Assembly: GCA_001782515.1 (NCBI GenBank)
Contig: MFOV01000003.1
Coordinates: 40,446-78,709 of the forward strand
Reading direction: 5' to 3'
DNA from: Candidatus Levybacteria bacterium RIFCSPLOWO2_01_FULL_39_10
GTDB taxonomy: Bacteria > Patescibacteriota > Microgenomatia > Levybacterales > UBA12049
Length of the DNA stretch: 38,264 bases
Position numbers and translations under genes: made by a program
The notes under the pieces: model-generated
What the model was told of the DNA's origin: nothing
The model's database searches: none
The model's input: only the letters and a program-made list of their open reading frames with translations
In this document: one piece after another, positions 32,825 to 38,264 of the stretch
Layout: every line of letters begins with the position of its first letter
How positions within the stretch are numbered: the stretch's first letter is position 1

Positions 32825-34540
32825 TTATTGTCCGATGTTGGGCTGAATTATTTTTTCACTCTTTCCTACTACTTCTTTCCAGCCGCCAACACGTTTAAAC
32901 AGAAGAAGAAATGTTCCTGCCTCTTTTACATTAAGAAGCCATGTTAGGAAAAAGTAGATTAATATTCCAATTAAGCTTGAGATTCCTGTTAAAAGAATGA
33001 GGTTTACAGTTCTTGTTGTATCGAATACTAATTGGTCCAAAAGTTTTATAGGGATATAAAGCGCGATCCCCATAAAGAGTGCGCAGATAAAAATTTTGAT
33101 CTGCGGAATTAAAAAAGATTTGATCCCGAAAAAATTAATTTTTGTATTAAGAAGAATTAAAAGAATTATTAAATTTATTATCATACCTATTGAGTATGCA
33201 AAAGCAATAGATTCAACGCCAACTGGAATAAGTCTAAAAGTAGAACTATAAACTTCAGATATTCTTTCAAGATTTGATGACCAGTATGAAACAAAAAGAA
33301 TACTAAGTAAAATTGATATTACTGTTGTTAAAGTAGTTACAATTAAAGGAGTTTTTGTGTCCTGAAGTGCATAGAATGCGCGCGACACAAGATAAATAAG
33401 AGCAACTGCAAATATTGAGAGAGAAAAAAACGCAAGAGTTCTACCAGTTAAGACTGTTGCCTCCCAGTCAAACTGAGATGCTCCGTAAATAAGCCTCACA
33501 ACCGGGATTCGAAGAACCAAGAAGAGCACTGAAACGGGCAAAATCAGATAAAGAATTTGGTTAAAGCTTCCCACAAAAAGTTCCTTAAATGTTTCAAGCC
33601 TTTCTCTCTCTTTTGATAGTATGGGAAGTGCTGCCTGTCCTATTGTCTGGCCAAAAAGTACAATTGGCGCAAAAGCAAGGGTTAGGGCATAATCATAAAT
33701 TACGTAGCTTCTGCCAGAGGAAGGAAGAAAAGAAATTATTGCAACAACAATAAGTGTTCCTAGTTGAAATATAAGAATATTTAAAGTTCTTGGACCCATA
33801 AGATTTATAACACTCATTACTCCGGGAATTTTAAGTGAAAAAGAAGGAATATACCTAAAACCTGTCTTAAATACAAAAGGCGCCTGGACCAGTGTAAAAA
33901 TAAGTGCTCCAATTATAATTCCGATAGCTGGCGCGTAAATTCCGATTTTATCTGAAAGTAGAAGTATCCCTATAATTATTCCGAAATTATAAAGAGCTGC
34001 TGACACGCCGGCTATAAAAAAATTGTTATTTGACTGAAGAATTGCGGAAAAGAAGGAAGCGACAAGAAAGATCATCTCCCCTATTATTATTACCCTCATA
34101 AGACTCGCCATTAAATCCATTTGGGAAGGGCTGTATCCTGAGCCGAGATTAAAAAACTGAAGAATAAAAGGCGCAAAAATAAATAAAATAAGTGATATAA
34201 TGCCGAAGAAAACTAATCCGATCGAAAGAAGTGTCGAGGCCATCCTGTTTGATTCATCTTTTTTACCTTTACCCAAATATTCTGAAAATATCGGAATAAA
34301 AGCGGTTGCGAGTGCTCCTGCAATTATCAGCTGAAAAAGAAAATCGGGAAATTTTGACGCCGTTAAATAAACTCCTAGAGTATCAGATGCACCGAATGTT
34401 CCGACAAGAAGCCTCTGTCTAATGAGGCCGAAGATCTGCGACAAGATAGCTGTTGCCATCAAAATAAATGCAGCAGATAAAATGTTTGTTTGTTTTTTTA
34501 GAAGAAGAGAGATACTTTTCTGAAAAAAGCGTAAAGGCAT
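32825..34540 (-). CDS. murJ: Lipid II flippase MurJ/MviN
   Basis: 571 aa, about 14 TM helices. N-terminal signature FGASDTLGVYLTASKFPDFLFQLIIAGALATAFIPIFSEY. Confidence 0.85.
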   Translation of the reverse strand: MPLRFFQKSISLLLKKQTNILSAAFILMATAILSQIFGLIRQRLLVGTFGASDTLGVYLTASKFPDFLFQLIIAGALATAFIPIFSEYLGKGKKDESNRMASTLLSIGLVFFGIISLILFIFAPFILQFFNLGSGYSPSQMDLMASLMRVIIIGEMIFLVASFFSAILQSNNNFFIAGVSAALYNFGIIIGILLLSDKIGIYAPAIGIIIGALIFTLVQAPFVFKTGFRYIPSFSLKIPGVMSVINLMGPRTLNILIFQLGTLIVVAIISFLPSSGRSYVIYDYALTLAFAPIVLFGQTIGQAALPILSKERERLETFKELFVGSFNQILYLILPVSVLFLVLRIPVVRLIYGASQFDWEATVLTGRTLAFFSLSIFAVALIYLVSRAFYALQDTKTPLIVTTLTTVISILLSILFVSYWSSNLERISEVYSSTFRLIPVGVESIAFAYSIGMIINLIILLILLNTKINFFGIKSFLIPQIKIFICALFMGIALYIPIKLLDQLVFDTTRTVNLILLTGISSLIGILIYFFLTWLLNVKEAGTFLLLFKRVGGWKEVVGKSEKIIQPNIGQ

Positions 34541-34547
34541 AAAATTA

Positions 34548-34584
34548 GCGGGCTTGCCCCGCCGAAGCTTTATGCGTAGGCGGG
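34548..34584 (-). promoter_or_regulatory. murJ leader with mutually exclusive GC hairpins
   Basis: In the minus-strand RNA, CCCGCC can pair with GGCGGG, or GCGGG-GCAAG-CCCGC can form, followed by UAAUUUU and the AUG. Confidence 0.4.
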
Positions 34585-34613
34585 TTGCGATAATAAGTAT
34601 ATCATGCTAAAAT
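34585..34613 (+). promoter_or_regulatory. rpsT promoter
   Basis: TTGCGA-17 nt-(TGc)TAAAAT, ending 6 nt before the ATG at 34620. Confidence 0.55.
34596..34604 (-). promoter_or_regulatory. Extended -10 promoter of murJ
   Basis: Minus strand TGaTATACT, back to back with the rpsT -10 box. Confidence 0.4.
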
Positions 34614-34619
34614 GCCCGC

Positions 34620-34901
34620 ATGCCAGTAACAAAAAGCGCAAAGAAAAAGTTAAGAAAAGATAGAAATCGCAAAAAAGAGAATTTAAAATTTGCTTCCGAA
34701 TATAAAGAAGCTTTAAAAAAAGCTAGGAAAAGTCCGACTGCGAAAAATGTAAGCGAAGCATTCAAAAAAATTGACAAAGCAACTAAAAAAAATTTGATAC
34801 ATAAAAATAAAGCTGGAAGACTTAAAAGTTCTTTATCAAAACTGACAGGTTCTAAAAAAACTGCCCCAAGTGCTACAAAACCCAAATCCAAGGCTAAATA
34901 G
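34620..34901 (+). CDS. rpsT: 30S ribosomal protein S20
   Basis: 93 aa, highly basic. MPVTKSAKKKLRKDRNRKKEN matches the bS20 N-terminus. Confidence 0.9.
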   Translation: MPVTKSAKKKLRKDRNRKKENLKFASEYKEALKKARKSPTAKNVSEAFKKIDKATKKNLIHKNKAGRLKSSLSKLTGSKKTAPSATKPKSKAK

Positions 34902-34914
34902 CCTCTTATTTTCT

Positions 34915-34943
34915 TTGACAAAAGCCTGGATTTACCATAGACT
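34915..34943 (+). promoter_or_regulatory. pilN operon promoter
   Basis: TTGACA-17 nt-TAGACT, ending 9 nt before the ATG at 34953. Confidence 0.5.
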
Positions 34944-34952
34944 AAAATTGTT

Positions 34953-35492
34953 ATGAAGTCTCCTTCAATTAACCTTGCGAAGCGTAAAACTAACATCGTT
35001 GATGATTTAACAAAGTGGGCGTTAACTTTTGGCAGGCTTTTAGTTATTATTGTTGAAATAATTGCATTTTCAGCTTTTATCTACAGATTTTATTTGGATA
35101 GATTGATTAATGATTTAAATGACGAAATTGAGGGAAAACAGGCAATAGTTGCCAGCCTTAAGACCCAGGAAGAGCTTTATAGAAATACGCAGGCAAGGAT
35201 TGCGCTTGCAAAAGAATTAACCAAAAAATCGGGAACAAATATAAATGTATTAAATGATATAGTGGGTTTTACACCGCCTGATATCACATTTTCAACATTT
35301 TCTATTAATGATAATAAGTTATCAATTGAAGCAAATATCGGATCTGTTACATCTCTTACAACATTTCTAAATTCTTTAAGAGAACACCCAAGTATTAGTT
35401 CTGCATCAGTTGTGCAGATTGAAAATACAACCCAGGCAGGAGCAATAAGAGCATTCATAATTTCGACTTTGAAGGAGGAGGAATTACAATGA
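34953..35492 (+). CDS. pilN: Type IV pilus alignment protein, PilN-like
   Basis: 179 aa. N-terminal SINLAKRK (INLLP-like), single TM helix, coiled coil, C-terminal alpha/beta domain. Confidence 0.6.
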   Translation: MKSPSINLAKRKTNIVDDLTKWALTFGRLLVIIVEIIAFSAFIYRFYLDRLINDLNDEIEGKQAIVASLKTQEELYRNTQARIALAKELTKKSGTNINVLNDIVGFTPPDITFSTFSINDNKLSIEANIGSVTSLTTFLNSLREHPSISSASVVQIENTTQAGAIRAFIISTLKEEELQ

Positions 35493-36088
35493 AAGTTTAT
35501 ATCAAAAACGTTGATTACAAAAAATATTATAGACAGATTCTTCCGTATTTAAAAAAAGAAAAAAATCAACAGTATTTATTTATAATTTTAACGCTTTCTG
35601 CGTCAATATTTTTTGCCTTATTTGCAATTAATCCAACACTTTCAACAATAGTAAGACTTAGACGTGAGATAAGTGACTCTCAGTTTGTGAACGAAAAACT
35701 AACTCAAAAAGTCAATAATTTATCCACTCTCACATCCGCCTACCAAGATATTGAAGAAGAGATCCCTTTTCTTCTTGATGCTGTTCCCGCTAATTCCGAC
35801 GCTCCCATCCTTGTTGGCCAGATTCAAACACTTGCCGAAGAACATGCGGTGGTTTTTACAAATATTTCGATTTCCCCTATTAACCTTAAGGTAGATTCGG
35901 CAACTAAAAGTTCTGTGCTAAATTTTGAGCTTGTGGGAAACGCTACCTATGAAAATATTTATTCGTTTCTCAGAGATCTTATAAATATGCAGAGAATTGT
36001 TGTTGTTGATGGATTTTCACTATCTAAAAATGATGAGTCGGGAAATTTGGATATAAATATTAAAGGCTCTGCCTATTATAAATACTGA
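35489..36088 (+). CDS. pilO: Type IV pilus alignment protein, PilO-like
   Basis: 199 aa. TM helix, coiled coil, ferredoxin-like C-terminus. ATGA overlap with pilN and strong SD GGAGGAGG. Confidence 0.55.
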   Translation: MKVYIKNVDYKKYYRQILPYLKKEKNQQYLFIILTLSASIFFALFAINPTLSTIVRLRREISDSQFVNEKLTQKVNNLSTLTSAYQDIEEEIPFLLDAVPANSDAPILVGQIQTLAEEHAVVFTNISISPINLKVDSATKSSVLNFELVGNATYENIYSFLRDLINMQRIVVVDGFSLSKNDESGNLDINIKGSAYYKY

Positions 36089-36420
36089 TGAAACAAAGAG
36101 ATTTTGTTATAATTCTTATTCCGCTTTTTATTTTAACTGTATTGTGGGTTATATTTAATGTTTATCATAATCTAGTTACATCAACAATTGAGGATCCCTT
36201 AAGTTACCAGATAGTTGCAATTGAAGGGAAATTTGATAACGATAGTTTGATTGATATCCTTGGCAGAAAAAGAGTTACTCCAACATATGAGATAGAAGAA
36301 AATTTGATTTTGGAGATTTCATCAAGTGATACAATTGAAGAAGAAGTTGCAACCGAATCTTCCCAAACAATCAATATTGAAGAGGGTTTAGGGACTATTT
36401 CTGCGCAGCCTAATTTATGA
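36088..36420 (+). CDS. Small TM-anchored acidic protein, in the position PilP usually occupies
   Basis: 110 aa. N-terminal TM helix and Glu/Ser-rich tail. Overlaps both neighbouring genes. Confidence 0.45.
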   Translation: MKQRDFVIILIPLFILTVLWVIFNVYHNLVTSTIEDPLSYQIVAIEGKFDNDSLIDILGRKRVTPTYEIEENLILEISSSDTIEEEVATESSQTINIEEGLGTISAQPNL

Positions 36421-37754
36421 AACATAAATTCTTAGATAAAAAAATTCCAACTCTTATTGGAATTCTAATAATTATAGTAGGAATTGGTCTTACAACTTAT
36501 CTTGTAAAGGGGGATAGCATATTTGAGCTGCAAGCTAGCCCCAGACAAAATCCTGAAAATATAAAGATAACAAATGTTACGGAAAGCTCATTTACTGTCT
36601 CTTATTCAACAGATGATAGCGCATTAGGAACTTTAAACTATGGAGAAAATCCCGCGTCACTAAATAATTTAGTTCTCGATGACAGAGATCAATTGACACA
36701 GAAAGTAAGTGCGCGAAATTCACACTCAATAACCGTTAAAAACCTCAAAGAAGACACTAATTATTTTTTCAGCATCACTTCTGGAGATGAGAGTTATTTA
36801 AACAAAGGCTCTGCCTATGAAATAAAAACAGGAAAGGCAATTGATAAAAATCCGAGTTCTCAGATACCGATTTCCGGAAAAGTGCTTCTGCCCGAAGGTC
36901 TGCCGGCAGTTGACGGTCTAATCTATGTAAAAATATTGGGTGCTCAGGACTTATCAACTTATATTAAAAATGACGGAACCTATACTATTCCTCTTAACTC
37001 CTTGAGAAACTCGCCTCTTGATGATTTTTACAGTATTGATGAAGATGACTTGATAAATATTGAAATTATTTCAGGTAATTTCGTATCAGATGTGATTGTT
37101 ACAAAATCCCAAATTAACCCTGTTCCAACAATATCACTTTCCGGAAACTACGACTTCTCCGAAGATACAACTCAGCTTGAGGAGACTGAAGCCGCAACAG
37201 AATCCTCAGGTACTTTTCCAGCATTCGGCGTAAAACAGGATGTTATTGAACCTGAAATTACAAACCCCAATGATGGAGAAGAGTTTGCAAGTCAACTGCC
37301 TAAATTCACAGGAACCGCACAGCCTAATGAAACTGTTGAAATCGAAATTCATTCAGATGAGAATATAACGGATGAGGTAATGGCAGACGAGGATGGAAAT
37401 TGGGAATACACACCTTCGTCATTTCTATCAGAAGGTGAACACACTATTACGATAACTACTGTCAATAATTTAGGTATTATTCAAAAAATTACCAAAACAT
37501 TTGAGATTCCCAAGGCACAAGGACAAGCAGTGACAAATACGCCAACGCCCACCCCAAACGGTTCTCCAACCCCTACTTTAACTCCAACAAACACCCCTAC
37601 CATTACGCCTGTTATAACAGCAACTATAACTCCTCCAACAACACTTCTTGCTGCAGGTAATTCATCTGTTGCAATTGCTGCAATTATTGGCATCATTGCT
37701 TCGGCATCAGGCATCATTCTTTACCTCTATTCACGCGGTCGAAAATCCATATGA
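36417..37754 (+). CDS. Surface protein: FN3-like, carboxypeptidase-regulatory-like and Ig-like domains, Pro/Thr linker, C-terminal TM helix with a basic tail
   Basis: 445 aa. ITNVTESSFTVSYSTDD...HSITVKNLKEDTNYFF. ISGKVLLPEG...DGTYTIPL. TGTAQPNETVEIEIHSD...GEHTITITT. C-terminus LLAAGNSSVAIAAIIGIIASASGIILYLYSRGRKSI. Confidence 0.6.
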   Translation: MKHKFLDKKIPTLIGILIIIVGIGLTTYLVKGDSIFELQASPRQNPENIKITNVTESSFTVSYSTDDSALGTLNYGENPASLNNLVLDDRDQLTQKVSARNSHSITVKNLKEDTNYFFSITSGDESYLNKGSAYEIKTGKAIDKNPSSQIPISGKVLLPEGLPAVDGLIYVKILGAQDLSTYIKNDGTYTIPLNSLRNSPLDDFYSIDEDDLINIEIISGNFVSDVIVTKSQINPVPTISLSGNYDFSEDTTQLEETEAATESSGTFPAFGVKQDVIEPEITNPNDGEEFASQLPKFTGTAQPNETVEIEIHSDENITDEVMADEDGNWEYTPSSFLSEGEHTITITTVNNLGIIQKITKTFEIPKAQGQAVTNTPTPTPNGSPTPTLTPTNTPTITPVITATITPPTTLLAAGNSSVAIAAIIGIIASASGIILYLYSRGRKSI

Positions 37755-37788
37755 ACTTCCCAAGATACTGACGGGGACTTGTTTAATA

Positions 37789-38264
37789 ATGACTCAAGAT
37801 AATAAAATGTCTAACGGGATGAAAATTGGGATAGTAGGCGCGGGCTTTACCGGGTTATCAGCTGCTTATTATTTAGGGAAAAAGGGTCACAGAGTAACTG
37901 TTATTGAAAAAGATTCAAATCCGGGGGGTCTTGCCATAGGATTTTCGGACAAAAACTGGAATTGGACTCTTGAGAAGCACTATCATCATTGGTTTACAAA
38001 TGATAAAAATGTTTTAGAACTGGCAAAAGAAATACAACACGAAGTAATAATAAAAAGGCCTAAGACCTCAGTTTACGTTGATGGAAAGATTTTTCAGTTT
38101 GATTCTCCAAAAGAAGTTTTACTTTTTCCAAAACTACCAATCATAGATAGATTTAGGATGGGACTTGTAATTGGATTTCTCAAATTCAATCCTATTTGGA
38201 AACCGCTTGAAAAAATAAACGCAACAACTTTTCTTCCAAAAACAATCGGTAAAAAAAGCTATAA
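37789..38264 (+). CDS. NAD(P)/FAD-dependent oxidoreductase (amine-oxidase / phytoene-desaturase-like), 3'-truncated by the window edge
   Basis: Dinucleotide-binding motif KIGIVGAGFTGLSAAYYLGKKGHRVTVIEKDSNPGG. Alternative starts at 37807 and 37819. Confidence 0.7.
   Translation, partial: MTQDNKMSNGMKIGIVGAGFTGLSAAYYLGKKGHRVTVIEKDSNPGGLAIGFSDKNWNWTLEKHYHHWFTNDKNVLELAKEIQHEVIIKRPKTSVYVDGKIFQFDSPKEVLLFPKLPIIDRFRMGLVIGFLKFNPIWKPLEKINATTFLPKTIGKKSY

Noticed and set aside
34607-34996. 129-aa minus-strand ORF covering rpsT
   Set aside because: Its translation is a hydrophobic, low-complexity mirror of the Lys-rich S20 gene. S20 on the plus strand has a clear family match and its own promoter.
1-38264. 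Alternative genetic code (UGA recoding, as in some CPR lineages) and mobile elements or prophage content
   Set aside because: TGA terminates well-conserved ORFs at their expected ends (grpE, the 445-aa surface protein). No in-frame TGA interrupts any conserved gene. No transposase, integrase, phage or toxin-antitoxin signatures were seen.

Overview
AT-rich (mid-30s % GC by eye), gene-dense window. It reads cleanly with the standard code: TAA, TAG and TGA all end long ORFs. No rRNA, tRNA, CRISPR array, transposase or integrase was seen. The gene set points to a small-genome monoderm bacterium of the CPR/Patescibacteria type (inference): an IF-2 with no N-terminal region, a DnaJ with no zinc finger, a short HrcA and GrpE, isolated hom and purH, secreted proteins with Pro/Thr linkers, PilN/PilO, and polyprenyl-phosphate glycan genes. 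Layout from left to right: nusA-infB (-); a membrane-anchored Clp/Hsp100 ATPase with a small membrane partner (-); a frameshifted methyltransferase and hom (-); purH (+); a PKD surface protein (-); hrcA-grpE-dnaK-dnaJ (-); three unknown membrane proteins; metG, a methyltransferase and tatD (+); a five-gene envelope-glycan operon (+); a PEGA/SH3 protein and groES-groEL (-); a cohesin-like/PKD surface protein (+); lepA and murJ (-); rpsT (+); pilN-pilO plus two downstream surface genes (+); and a truncated FAD oxidoreductase (+). The coding content is ordinary. The non-coding DNA is the unusual part. (1) A ~110-135 nt structured module occurs three times, with a partial fourth copy in the metG leader. 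Each full copy lies between divergent promoters, and its left edge supplies the -35 box of the minus-strand promoter, including both HrcA/CIRCE heat-shock promoters. (2) At least nine intergenic spacers are built from strictly 7-nt-periodic repeats, often as inverted pairs that form long interrupted hairpins next to start codons. (3) Both heat-shock operons carry a lineage-variant CIRCE operator. (4) GC-rich hairpin clusters sit in the groES and murJ leaders. (5) Many -10 boxes lie 6-17 nt from start codons with no Shine-Dalgarno sequence, which suggests leaderless or near-leaderless mRNAs. All functional readings of the non-coding elements are inference from sequence only.
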